Below are positions 20,605-40,663 of a stretch of DNA of 64,000 nt, piece by piece; position 1 is the stretch's first letter, and every line of letters begins with the position of its first letter. Source of the stretch: the human T2T-CHM13v2.0 reference genome, Homo sapiens; NCBI RefSeq assembly GCF_009914755.1, contig NC_060947.1. One strand, 5' to 3'. The position numbers and the translations under genes are program-made. The notes beneath the pieces were generated by a model that ran no database searches, was not told the origin of the DNA, and saw only the letters and a list, made by a program, of their open reading frames with translations.

Positions 20605-22190
20605 CCTTCAGACTAGAGATAGTGTCTGCACTGATGGAAGAAGAGGAAAAGTCGCCGAGGCTATTTACATATTTATTCCTAGCCTTAGAGAAGAAAAGAG
20701 GGAAGGAAAGACAGCCTGAAGATATCTGTTACTGCTGATAATTTTAAGTAGCACTAAGTGATTGATTTTTGCATTCCCTATCCTGTCCTGGAACACCACA
20801 GTCGTCTCAGTTTTTTTCCATGAAACCGAATCATTTGTACACTAAATCCTACTCCAGAGGCTAGGACATTGGGCTTCTTTGCTGTAACCAGGGGTTAAGG
20901 GTAAAATTCCATGATTTTTCTTTCTGTTTTGCCTGATCTCTTTGCTATTGTGACCAGAAAGCTTGTAGAATGACTACTATTAATGGCTACCATCATTATT
21001 GCATGAATTGGACGCCATCCCTAGGATTTCTTTGATCTAACTAGGGTACCCTGGACTCAAGCCTCAAAAGGCCTGCTTCCTCCAGCTATATTCTCTGCAC
21101 AGATCCTGTAGAGGGGATACCTTTCATGACCTTCTTGATCCTTGCGATGATCTAGGTAAATAATTTGCTTTTAGTCTACTTCATGGTGAAAGAAAAATGC
21201 CATGTGCTAATTACCACTGGCTTTCAGATATTTCAAGTTCTAGCTTAATGCCCACCTCTTGTAGGAAGTCTTCCCAGCCCACAGCACTCTTGCCGTTTTC
21301 TGAGCCATTATAGCATTTGCAGTTTGAACTATATTCATTTTATTCTTATCACGCATCACCTCAGGCACTATGTGAGATCTGTCATATAATTTTATTAACC
21401 ATTTTCTCCAATGTTTAATGTTTAGAATTTTCTCTTTTCCTTTTATTTTTATAACCAGTGCTTTTTTTGTATGTGAGTTATCTTTAAATACATGCAGACA
21501 TGAATGCATGGATGTGTCGGTATGTATGTATACGGATGTGTGTATCCATTCCTTAATTAGATTGCAAACTCCTTCCACTTCATACATTTCTTAGTATTTT
21601 CAAAGCAGTACTGAGTACATAATAGACATTCAGTAGGGATTTGTTGATTGGCTGGCAAATATGGGGACTATGGGTAGGTGTGGTTGGCATTAGCCAAGGC
21701 AAAGACTCCTGCAGAACTTAACTAGCTCAGCGTGTTCACTGTTGCCCCTGCCCTCTCACTTTCCTTCCAGCTCTTCTGGCAGTTCAAAGGGCAAACTCTG
21801 GGGTGGCAAAATTCTTCCAAGGAAGAGTCTGGGATTTACTTCGTGATCTTGGTGTGTGTATGTGTGTGTGTATTCCAATTCAGTGTCCACATATTTTGTA
21901 CAAGGGCCACAGACATGAGCAAGACATGGAGAGAAAGAAAACACATAAGAGATTTATTTTAAGTGAAAGCAAGTTTATTAGAGAAGTAAAGAAATGAAAG
22001 AATGGCTACTCCATAGGCAGAGCAGCGCATAACATATTTTAATATAAGGTGGAACAAGGCACATGCAAGAGAGGAGCAAAATAATCCTATGGGAGTTCAA
22101 AGGAAGAAAAGGTCAGTATATATTGGAAATATATGGAGGAAGTGAAATTCAATATTAATGTTAAAGTATAGTTGAGAATATGTTTTCACC

Positions 22191-22500
22191 TTTTTTTTTT
22201 TGAGACAGAGTCTCACTCTGTCATGCAGGCTGGAGTGCAGTGGTGCAATCATAGCTCATTGCAGCCTTGAACCCCTGGGCTCAAGTGATCCTCCCACCTC
22301 AGCCTCCTAAATAGCTGGGACTACAGGCAGGAGGCAGGTGCCATGATGCCTGGTTAATTTTTAAAGAAACTCTTTTTTTGTAGAGATGGTGTCTCACTTA
22401 TGTTGCCCAAGCTGGTGTTGAACTCCTGGCCTCAAGTGATCCTCCTGCTTCTATTTCAAAAAGTACTTGGTGTTACAGGCCTGAGCCACCATGCCCAGCT
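22191..22500 (-). mobile_element. Alu (J-like)
   Basis: Reverse Alu sequence. Confidence 0.9.
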
Positions 22501-22768
22501 TTTTTTTTTTATTTTTAAAAAATAACTACTTGTTTGCTCTTAATCATAAAAGTAATGAATGATTGTTGTGATGAATTTGGAAACTATAAAGAAGCCAAAA
22601 ATAACATAATATAAACTCACTCATAACCTGTTGATTATCTATAGATGATAATGAAAAATTTCTTTTTTCTATAATTTTTATATGTACTATATTCAATATA
22701 ACTATCTGATATTCTGTCTTTGTGATCTTACGTTATATCATAAGCATTTTCTACACATTAAAAATTAT

Positions 22769-23131
<363 letters not shown>

Positions 23132-23544
23132 TTAATTTTTTTTAAGAGATGGGTCTTACTATGTTGACAAGGCTTCAGTATATATTTTTTGAATGAATAA
23201 ATAGGCGCCAAGCACTATGCTAAATCTGTGACATACATTTATTAGCCATTTTCTCCAACGTTGAACGTTTAGGATTTTTCCTTTCCTCCCCTATTTTTTA
23301 TAACCAGTGCGTTTTGGGCATGAAAAATTTATGGGAAGAATTTCAATGAGTAGAATTTAGGGATGGGAAAGGGAGTCTAGGGAGATAGCTCAATATAAAG
23401 AACATACTTACAGGCCAGTAAATAGTTCAGTTTGGCTGGAGATGAGCTAGGGGACACACGGGAGTCAGGGCTGGCAAGTGCTAATAGGTCTTCCCATTTG
23501 TATTACAGCTCCTAACTAAAAAGTGCCTTCACGACATGATTTTA

Positions 23545-23946
<402 letters not shown>

Positions 23947-23957
23947 TCAGAGAGCTT

Positions 23958-24136
23958 GAGGGAACATTTGGCAATATCTGGAGATATTTTTGGGTGTTAC
24001 AGCTGATGGGGGCTTGTTACTGGCAAGTGAGTAGAGGCCAGGGGTGCTGCTAAATATCCCACAATGCACAGGACATCCCCCAGAACAAAGAATTATTGGC
24101 TCCAAAATGACAATAGTGCTGAGGTTGAGAAGCCCC
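23958..24136. mobile_element. MER20-like hAT-Charlie MITE
   Basis: catttggcaatatctggagatatttt...gtagaggccaggggtgctgctaaatatcccacaatgcacaggaca...aatagtgctgaggttgagaa. Confidence 0.8.
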
Positions 24137-24419
24137 AAGTTAATATAGTATTGTACCAAGATCAGTTTTTTTTTTTGTTTTTGAAAACGTACAGTGGTTA
24201 TGTAAGTTATTATCATTGGAAAAAGCTGAGTAAAATGTACAAAGGAGCTGTCTATACTATAATTTTTATAACTTCTGGTGAGTTGAACTATTTTAGAATA
24301 AAAAGTTACACTAAATAATACTAAACACTACTACTACTACTACTACTAGTAATGACTCCTCATTTCTTTCAAGATAAAGTCCAAATCCCTAAACATATGT
24401 TTCAAGGCCCCATTGTCTC

Positions 24420-24896
<477 letters not shown>

Positions 24897-24967
24897 GCCC
24901 TCAAGACTGCCAGTCCTCAATGCTGTAATCCCTTTGGCTTTAAAAACAAAAAACAAACAAGCAAAAA

Positions 24968-25120
24968 ACGGATTCTCACTCTGTCGCCCAAGCTGGAGTG
25001 CAGTGGCACGATGATCTGGGCTCACTGCAACCTCTGCCTCCTGGGTTCAAGAGATTCTCGTGCCTCAGCCTCCGGAGTAGCTAGGATTACAGGTGCCCGC
25101 CACCACGCACAGCTAGTTTT
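24968..25120 (-). mobile_element. Alu right arm
   Basis: Reverse Alu fragment. Confidence 0.85.
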
Positions 25121-25129
25121 TGTAAAATA

Positions 25130-26600
<1,471 letters not shown>

Positions 26601-26733
26601 AGATGGTTGGAGATACAGTCAGAAGCAAAGAGGAAAATCAGTGTTCTACATATTGATATCTATACTCACACACCTGTGCCCTTTGTATCATTTCAATGAA
26701 AACTGGATAACTTTGGTACTCAAAGGTGGAAAT

Positions 26734-27208
<475 letters not shown>

Positions 27209-27565
27209 TCATACAGACAATGAACTCAAAATGTCTATGTGCTGCTTTTAAAATCTACTGCTGAGGTATTTACCTGGCATATGCTATGTGGACAGGTAGA
27301 GCTAGTTTTCATTTCTGGCAAGAACAACTGGAAATGCCTGAATCAGAGTTCTATTTATACTTTTGAGGGTGGTGGTGGTTTGAGGGGAGGCAGGGTGGAA
27401 ATAAAAACTGTAACTCATTTTGTCTGTGCTCTTATTTACTCAAAGAGGCAAGATTTGGGAACTACTACTGTATTCCAATGAGTTGGGTACAAGGTCCTGC
27501 TTAGGAGGAGACATGAGATGAGGCCTGTGGATTGTTTGTCATAGGGAGGGTGAATTACAGACTTG

Positions 27566-27990
<425 letters not shown>

Positions 27991-28486
27991 GTATAACGTG
28001 TATAATATGGAAAATTTTAGTACAGAAGCAGGTACAATCCCAGTGGTTGACTTGGGCAATGTTTTAGCTATTTGTCTTCCTGTATTTTAAGAAAAGTGAT
28101 TTGAACTAGGAGTTAAATAATCATGTACTAATTCAAAATACACAGTACCAGAAATGTGCAAAGTGCAGGAAATCCAATGACAACAAGGTACAGGCTTCTT
28201 AATGAAAGAGGCACACTTCCTGTCCTCCAAGTGTTTGTAGTCTAAGACATTTCACCAGACAGCCTCGCTATTTTGCATGAACAAATACATTGGTTTGCCT
28301 CACTGGAGGGGGATCTCAGCAGTTCCAGGCTGAGTGGCATCTCAGTCGAGGTTGGATGGTGGGAGCTGGGGGAAAGGTAAGACCAGCCTGGGGCTTAGGA
28401 TTTGATGGATAATTCCTGAAGTTCATTCACAGAGACAATTGGAGTAAAACGGATTGACCTAACTTGAACTTCTTAAAAGGTGTCTA

Positions 28487-28810
<324 letters not shown>

Positions 28811-29059
28811 CTACACTTAGTGAATGGATAAATAGTTTACATCTAAAATTTTTTAAATTGGTGACTTTGGATCTGTATCGATAGTCCATTTCTCTTAAAA
28901 TATATGGTGATACCAGATGTTTTAAAAGAACGTTCTTCTAGGGGATGAATGTTCCCTTTGATAGACTTTAATCTCATGACATCCCCATTTCTCCAGGAGT
29001 CATAACCCCCAAGATTGCTCTACCAAGGGAGCTGTCTGCTTTATAATACAGGAGATTCC

Positions 29060-29396
29060 TACAGAGAATGGTGGTTATCAGAGACTGGGAAGGGAAGAAG
29101 GAGGGAAGAAGATAAGTTGGTTAATGGGTACAAAAATACAATTAGATAGAATGAATAAGTTCTAGTATTTGATAGTCCAGTAGGGAAATTATGGTTTGCA
29201 AAATATATTGCATACTTCAAAACAGCTGGAAGAGAAGAATTGTAATGTTCCCAACACAAAGAAAATATATATGTTTGAGGTGATGGATATCCCAATTACC
29301 TTGATTTAATGATTACGCATTGTAGACAAGTATCAAAATATCATATGCATCCCCCAAATATATACAACTGATATATATCAATACAAATAAAATAAA
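29060..29396 (+). mobile_element. L1 3' end (L1MA-like)
   Basis: ggttaatgggtacaaaaatacaattagatagaatgaataag...gaggtgatggatatccc...A-rich tail. Confidence 0.85.
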
Positions 29397-30644
29397 GGAG
29401 GTTCTCCTTTTAGGAGGTGGAAGAATGGCGACTAAAACAGGGTAAGCAATCTATGCTTTCTACTTGTGCTACTCAACTTTTTCTTAGGTTGTGATAACCC
29501 TGGGGACTTGCTAAATCCCCTAGTGGTGACCGTTCTTCACTCCATCTGCCTTTCTATCTCACAGCCAGTGCCCTTCTAGAGCTCAGTTTTCAGCCCTGAA
29601 ACTTAAAGCCCCCACCTCCCGCTTCCCGCCTCCTGCCTCCGCTAATTCCTCACCAGTCCCGGCCACCCTGTTTTATTGCCCACCTGAGTGATAACCAGAC
29701 TTGAGTTAGGCACTCAAGGTGCCATTTCAGGAGAGTAATAAAGGCTCCTATGATCCCCCCAGTCTCCTTCATCAGCTTTGAGGCTTTAAGGCATGGAGTC
29801 TTTTCAACATTCAAATCTCCCTTGAGAGGGGCACGTTCTGCCATCATGCTTATCATCATTATCAATTTCTTACACTCCCACATCTGTTGTGGTGATTATC
29901 ATCATTATCAGTCTTACACATGAGTGGAAATGAGTGCTTTGGGCAAAAGTATTTGAGGAAGGGGAAAGAGGCCAAGAAGAAAAAGGGGTGTATGGGGAAT
30001 CGAAAGCACTCCAGCAATAAGGCAAAAGGGGGCCGGCAATGCAGGCCGACACTGAAGCTGAACTTTGAAGACATCACAGTTTTGCTAAGGTTGGAACTAT
30101 CACTGCATCCCTTTTCTATCCCATCAGGAGGAATCTGCAAAGTGACCTGAAGATTCCCAGGACTCAGCGCTCACGTAGATACCTTCCTCAGTTGCTGAAA
30201 AATCCCTGAATTACAAAAAGTAATTTTAGCACGCCCTCAGGTGGCCAAATGGAATACTGTGGCAATGGCTTTTGATGGAAGTTGGCACTCTGGAGGAACA
30301 TCTCAGAATAGACGCTGGTTCTTGGCAAGCTGCTAGGCACCCGGCAGGGCAACTTGTGTGTAGATGGCACTCTTCCCTTTAGGGCACCGCTTCCCAAGCT
30401 GATTGGTATAGCAGCCCTGAAATAATCTTACCAGGTTTATTTTGAATTCTGCATCTCTTCCTCTTCCTCTTTCTCCTCACAATGCTATGTGATATAGGTC
30501 TGTTTTTGAAATTAAAGTGAACTTTTTTAAATTTAAAATTATTATATGTTTTTAAACTAACTGCAGCGACCTCTAGTAGCACCAAAGATAATTTGTGTAT
30601 GGATTTCCCATCTAAAACAGACTAGAGGGACAAAGATGGATTTT

Positions 30645-31270
30645 AAACTTTTGAATTTTGGGATATTTCAGATTTACAGAAAAGTTGCAAAGATAGCACA
30701 AATAATTGCCATTATACTCTTCACTCAGATTCCTTCAAGTTAAAATTTTACCACGTTAGTTTTATCATTCTCTCTGTAATTATAAATATGTATATATTTT
30801 TCTAATTCGAATATAAATTATATTCATGATGCTCTTTTATCCTCTAATACTTGTGTGTGTATTTTCTAGACACAAAGACATATGCTTATAGAACCACAAT
30901 GCAACTATTAAAACCAGGATATTGACACTGATACAATACTATTTTCTAATCTTCAGACTTTATTCAAATTGGCAAATTATCCCACCAAGGTCCTACATAG
31001 AAAATATAAATACAGGATCCAATCCAGTATCGCTCATTGCATTGCATTTAGTTGTTGTGTCCCTTTAAGTGTCCTTTCATCTGAAATATTTCCTCAGTCT
31101 TTCTTTGTCTTTCATGACCTTGATGTTTTTAAAGAGTATATGCCAGTTATTTTGCAGAATATCCCTGAATTGGAATTTGTCTGATGTTTCCTTATGATTA
31201 GCTTCAGGTTATGCATTTTGGGTGGGAATATCACAAAAATTATGTTATTTGCTTCTCATTGTATATGATG
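30645..31270 (-). mobile_element. Old L1 3' fragment (L1MC/ME-like)
   Basis: cagatttacagaaaagttgcaaagatagcaca...cattgcatttagttgttgtgtc. Confidence 0.65.
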
Positions 31271-31834
31271 TCTCTTTGTTTTGACCACAGGTTTTGACAT
31301 GCAGATGTCAGAATAGTTAATCTTGAAAACCGCACATTCAAATAAGGTTTCCTGTAGACTCATGGGAATTTGTTATGGGGTGGGACAAAAGCAAGGAACC
31401 TGGAGAAATCATCCACTTTCCTTTAATCAATCTGGGAAAGCTTTTTGGAGGAGGTGGGATTTCAGGAATTTCGAGCTGAGACAAGTGGTAATTTTTTAGT
31501 GGAATATTTTGATATGTGAAGATCTTAGTTCTTGAGTTCTCAGGGTTTTTTTTTTCCTAATCTTCCCTTGAGAATCAGAAGCCAAGGCTCCTGTGTTTTA
31601 GTTTAATTGCTGCATGACACTGGGGAACAGCCAGGTGGTTCTTTTCCTGATTCCCTAACCTGGGAAATGACGATTACTCACATAGGTGGGGAGCCCTTTG
31701 AAAGGTTTGTCTGGAGAAAGGGATTGAGGACATGAATGTTCGTAAGCCAGATTCGCTGTGGCACCTAACTGAACTTGCTCCTCTGGGCTCTTGTTCTCTA
31801 CTACAATCAAATTTAATGTGTTTCTCTATAGTTT

Positions 31835-32675
<841 letters not shown>

Positions 32676-32835
32676 GAGGATATATATTTTAATTCAATGT
32701 GGTGGTTCAATATTGTGATTCTTTAAGAGAAGCAGGAGGATATGAACAGGGAGGAACTTAGAGAAAGCTTCAAATCTGACCATGTGTTAGTTCTTCAGGA
32801 GGCTGGGAAATTCATAGATGTGATGGCTTTATTGA

Positions 32836-33250
32836 TGTGGGAACTCTGCTAGGCTATAGTTCCCAGTTATTCAATCAAACTAATCTAGGTGTTTCTGGGG
32901 AGGCATTTTGCAGATATATTTAAAACCCATAATCAGTTGACTTTAAGTAAGGAAAATTCCCCTTGGGTAATCTGGGCAAACCTAACTGAATTTGTTGGAA
33001 GGCCTTAAAAGCAGGTTTGAAGTTTCCCTGGAAGAGAGAAAAGAATCTGCCTATTCCTGTAGGGGTCCCTACTGCTCATTATTTCCCCTTCCTGACTGCT
33101 GCCCTATGGTTTTGGACTTGCTTAGCCAATGCCCATATCGCATAAGCCAATCCCTTGTAATGAATAATACATATATCCATCCTAAAAAATAATAAGTAAC
33201 TAAATAAAAAACATCGCCCCAAATTTCTAGTTCCTGGTTTAAAGTTCAGA
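32836..33250 (+). mobile_element. MLT2-like (ERVL) solo LTR
   Basis: ctaggctatagttcccagttattcaatcaaac...aatcagttgactttaagtaagg...ataagccaatcccttgtaat. Confidence 0.7.
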
Positions 33251-33259
33251 ACTATATCA

Positions 33260-33714
<455 letters not shown>

Positions 33715-34127
33715 TTAAAAAATGATGACACTATATTTATCTGAGGTATGCTGTTTTCACCTAACAGATTTCTAACATGTATACATTTTGGTGTGAGTAG
33801 CTGATGTTATTCATTTTTACTGCTATGTATTATTACATTATTTGAATGCACCACCATTCCTTTATCTATTATCCGATTTATGGTTATTTTATTTGTTTAG
33901 AATTATTTGTTATTCAATCAATAACTCTTTGAAGCTTTTCATACATGTCTACTGGGTCACATATTTAAGGGTTTTTCTGGGTCAACACTTAAGATTAGAA
34001 TCCCTGGGGATTATGTTGTAAATCCGGGTTGAATTTACAAGATATTTATACAGTAGTAATATCAATTCACTTTGCCTTCCTTAGTATAAAGATCTAGATC
34101 TTTGCCAACAACATGATATTATCAGGC

Positions 34128-34412
34128 TGTATTAGTTTTCCATTGTTGTCACAACAGATTACCACAATTTAGTGGCTTAAAACAACACAAATATATCCTC
34201 TTAGAATTCTGGAGGCTGTAATTCCGAAGTCAGTTTCACTGGGCTAACGTCAAGGTGTGAGTAGGGCTGATTTCTTCTGGAAGCTCTGGGGGAAATACCA
34301 AATATCTGTTTCCTTGTCTTTTTCAACTTCTAGTGACTGTCTATATTGCTTGGCCTGTGGCCCCTTACTCCACCTTCAAAGTGCATTGCTCTAATCTCTG
34401 CTTCTGTCATTG
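34128..34412 (-). mobile_element. MLT1-like MaLR LTR fragment
   Basis: tgtattagttttccattgttg...agtggcttaaaacaacaca...ttctggaggc. Confidence 0.75.
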
Positions 34413-35489
34413 CATCAGAAAGATGTTTGTTTGTTTGTTTGTTTTTAAATAACAGCAACAGTCATAACTTTTTAGGCTCCAGTGCTTAGCTGCATGTGCC
34501 ATTTTTTTTCTTTCTTTGTTTTTGAATTTTGTTGGCTGTTTTGGGATCCCATAAGTTTTGATCTGCCTAAAATTTATTTCTAAAGTATTTCCTGAGCTGT
34601 GACTGGTGCTATAGAACTGCACTGACCATTACCTAAAGATGTGGAGTGCTTCTGGCCACTGACCTTTTAAATGCCATAACAGCCTGATTGAATATTTGAT
34701 TGCTTATAAACCTCTCTCTGGCACTGCACTTATAATCTTGAACTTTTAATATTCTGACACTGTGAATCTTTAATCAGGTGTGACTGTCATAACAAGGCAA
34801 TGTAATTTTCCAGTCTTTGCACAGATGTTTTCATAGTTTAAATAGAGGTGCTTATAATATTAGTCTACAAAGGAACTTTTTGCATCAACCAAAGATCAGA
34901 ATAAAACCACAGCAGATTAAAAGAAATATATTTTCACTGGATGGGTGATGAATACTACCCTGATAAATGACCTGGTTTATATAGTTAGTAAATTTATTTA
35001 ATAATAAATATTATGAATATTAAATATGTTTATTTACTTAATAAATGTATTGAGTCACTATTCTGTGCCAAGCATTGTACTATGGGTTTTGATATGATGT
35101 TATATAAATACAGGTAAGACACAAATGAATGAATGTTTACAATATGGGGCATGTAGCAATGGGGGTAAACATGAGGTGCTCTGATACCTAATCTAATATT
35201 GGGGAGATCCAGGGAGAACTTTGTGGACACAATGATGTCTAATCCATCCTATCCATCACCAAGTCCTACCTACTGCACCTCCCCCAAAAACGCATCCCAA
35301 ATCCTACCAGTTCTCTCCACTTTCACTGCCTTAGCCCAAACACAAGCCTCCATCATCTTCCATAATAGCTACATAACTGGTCCCCACTAGACTGCAAGCT
35401 CCAAAGGACAAATATTTTTGTCTGTTTTCTTCGCTGAGAGATCCCAAAGACTGTCTAACATGTAGTGGGTGGTCAATACATATTATTAA

Positions 35490-36144
<655 letters not shown>

Positions 36145-37063
36145 TCCATACATATTCTTGAATAAATAAATAGTCTTTTGTCTTACACTACTGGCCCACT
36201 GCAATTTAGTAGCCAAAGAGGTATTTTTAAAAATGCAATTGCATCATCTTCTACCACCCCCATCTCCCTCACCTCACCCTCTTACTATATAGTCCAGCAG
36301 TTCCGAAGTAGTTTTTCAGTTCTTGGAACATTCTCATTTCTCATGAATCCATTAGGCAAACTGCTTTTAATTCTAACAGTTCAGATCAAATATTCTTGCC
36401 CTCATGGAGCTTACAATCATGTGAGGATGATAGGCATCAAACAAGTAAATAGATTAACAAAACAATTTCAAAAGTGATGAGTGACGTACAAAAAATAAAG
36501 CAAGGTTAAGTGAAAGAAGAATTGGCTATACAGTAGCTACAGCAGACCTCTCTGAAGAGGGGACCTGTGAGCTGACACCTAAATGGTTTGAAGGAGCCAG
36601 GCGAGCAAACTGGAAGAACTTTCAGGACTCTTCAGGAGGGAGGAAACAAAATGCAAAGACACTGCAGGAGGAGCAGCTTTGCTTATTGAAAGTAGCATGT
36701 GAGGATGGAACAAAGTAAGCAAGAAGGATAGGGTGAGGGTGTTTTAGTTCATAGCAAAAAGTTTGGATTTTATTCTAAATGTGATGGAAAGCCTGAAACC
36801 ATCCCATCACCTGCAGAACAAATCTCAAATTCTTTACTATGGTACCCCAGCACTGAGTGATCTTCCTTCTTATCAACTTTTCTTCCCCTCTCCCTTCTTG
36901 GCCAGCCATACTGGTCTTATTTCTCTTCTTGGAATACCTCAAACTTGTCCCTGCCTCAGGACCTTTGCACTTGCTGTTCCTGATCTGGAGTGCATTTTCC
37001 CTAGATCTTCCCATGCTGACTATTTCTTGTCATTCCTGTCTCAGCTTAAAAAGTATCTCCCTG

Positions 37064-37352
37064 GAGCTGGGCGTGGTGGCTCCTGCCTGTAATCCCAGCC
37101 CTTTAGGAGGCCGAGACAGGTGGATTGCTTGAGCTCAGGAGTTGCAAACCGCCCTGGGCAGCATGGCAAGACCCTGTCTCTACAAAAAATACAAAAATTA
37201 GCTGGGCATGGTGGCGTGCCTGTAGTCCCACCTCACCTGGGGAGGCTGAGGTGGGAGGATTGCTTGAGTCCAGGAGGTTAAGGCTGTAGTGATCTATGAT
37301 CACACCATTGCACTGCAGCCTGGGCAACAGAGCAAGACTCTGTATCAAAAAA
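37064..37352 (+). mobile_element. Alu (J-like)
   Basis: TSD-like tatctccctgg on both sides. Confidence 0.9.
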
Positions 37353-37367
37353 CAATTATCTCCCTGG

Positions 37368-37817
37368 CTATATTCGTTTCCTAAGGCTGCCATACAAATT
37401 GTCACAACTGAGTGACTTGAAACAACAAAAAATTATTCTTACAGTTCTAGAGGCCTGAAGTCCAAAGTCTAGGTATCAGCAGGCCCACACTCCCTCTGAA
37501 AAACTCTAGGAAGAATCCTTCCTTGCCTCTTCCAGTTTCTGGTGGCTCCAGGTGTTCCTTGGTTTGTGGTAGCACAGCTCTAGTCTCTTGGCTCCATCTT
37601 CACAAAGTCTTCCTCTCTGTCTGTGTGTCTCTATGCCTTCTCCCTTTCTGACTCAGAAGGATGCCTGTCGTTGGATTTAGAGCCCATCTTGTCCAGGATA
37701 ATTTCATCTTGAGGTCTTTCCTAAATTACATCTGCAAAGTCTTTTATTCTAAATAAGGTCACATTCTGAGGTTCTAGGTGGACATATCTTTCTGGAGACC
37801 ACCACTCAATTGACTAC
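37368..37817 (-). mobile_element. MLT1-like MaLR LTR
   Basis: tttcctaaggctgcc...acagttctagaggc...taaataaggtcacattctgaggttctagg. Confidence 0.8.
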
Positions 37818-38856
37818 ATTTACCTTTCAATCTAAGTTAACCATCCAGTCACTTTCTAGCACATCACTGTACTTGATTTATTATCTGAAAGTACCTTGTC
37901 TATTTATTTTTCTTACTTATTGTCTTTCTTCCCTAGACTATAAGCTCTGTGAAGGCAGAGACCTCCTGTGTCTTGTTCACTGTTATATCTCCAGTGCCCA
38001 GCACAGTGCCTGACACATACCAGACTCTCAGTAAATATGTGTGGAATGAAGAGATGAAAAATTTAGATCTGAAGGGTGAGTGGAGTTAGTCACATAAAGA
38101 AAGATGGGGAACAGGGAAGTGTCTTTCCAGGCTGAATGGGCCAAGGCTAAGGCGTGATAGAGAACATGGCTGGAAAATAAGATTTCCTGGGGAATGGGGT
38201 ATGGGACAATCAGATCCTGGAGTTTTGTAAGCAGTGTTGAAGGGTCTCTCTGAAGTCTCCCAGACCAGGTGACTTCAAGGTCTCAGCCCCATGTACATAC
38301 GGGAGCGATCCTCTCTGGGTACATTGCCTTCTCACATGGATCCTCACTTTTTCTGTGGCGCCTTAGCAGACTGTTAACTACCTGTTGGAGCTGGAAGCTG
38401 AGGAAGTTCTCCTTTGCAGGCCTCTGAAGGTGCTAGTGCCACTTGGCTTCCTTGTTGTTTCTCTACAGAGGCTATTTCAAAACATGAGCGATTTCATCAA
38501 TTGTCTATGCCACGACCCCTCTCATCCTTCTTAGCAGTTGATCTCATAACCAAAGAGAAAATAGAGGCCAGCAAGAAAGAATTTCTTGTCCAGAGCTCTG
38601 GGGCAACTCAGCTAACTAAGCTCTGTACAAAATTCTGTAATTACCAGGGCCTAGAGTTTGACAAATGTAAAGTGGCAGAGATGAGGTTGGAGAGGTGGAC
38701 AGGGTCCAGATCAGGTAGGCACCTATAAAAGATGTTTACCTTTCTTATCAAAAGTGTATGGGTCATATGCAAAGTTAGGCAGATATGGTATCTGCCTTCT
38801 GGCAGTTTATCTGAAATTTGTCTGCTGGGAAGTTTTCAGTGGTAAGGCTAAAACTA

Positions 38857-39547
<691 letters not shown>

Positions 39548-40029
39548 GTGCAGTTTAATGAATATTTATTGTGTACCTGGTAGGAACCAGTGCTTTCCTA
39601 ATATACTACCTTAAATCAGCACACATTTATTTTGAAGTCTCTTGCTCGATTTTTAAGAAAATCATGAGAATTTTGCATTCTACTCTATAATATTTCTGGA
39701 TTTATTTTGATACACAAATAATTTTGTTCCCTCTCTTTTCCCTCCTTGAGTCAAATGGATGCTCCAGGGAGATCCATATGCATCTTGTGGCTTTTTGCAT
39801 CCCAAGTTCAATTCCTCCAGTTCTACAAGCACTTTCCAACCCTCTTAAAAGCATCTCTCTTATACACGTGAGCCACCTGGAGTTCAGGGATGTCCCAAAA
39901 CTGAGTCAGTGTCATAAACCTACTACACGCTGAGTCAGGATTTTAGCTCAACTCTCCCAAGGATTGTTTCCAATACATCACAGTCATGCAGGTTCTGGGG
40001 GTTTCTATAGAAAACAGAAAATTGGTTTT

Positions 40030-40663
<634 letters not shown>

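Noticed and set aside
29402-29447. Possible micro-exon with Kozak ATG (ttttag|...agaATGGCG...AGG|GTAAGC)
   Set aside because: Abuts an L1 tail, has no partner exons or coding signal, and such matches are expected by chance
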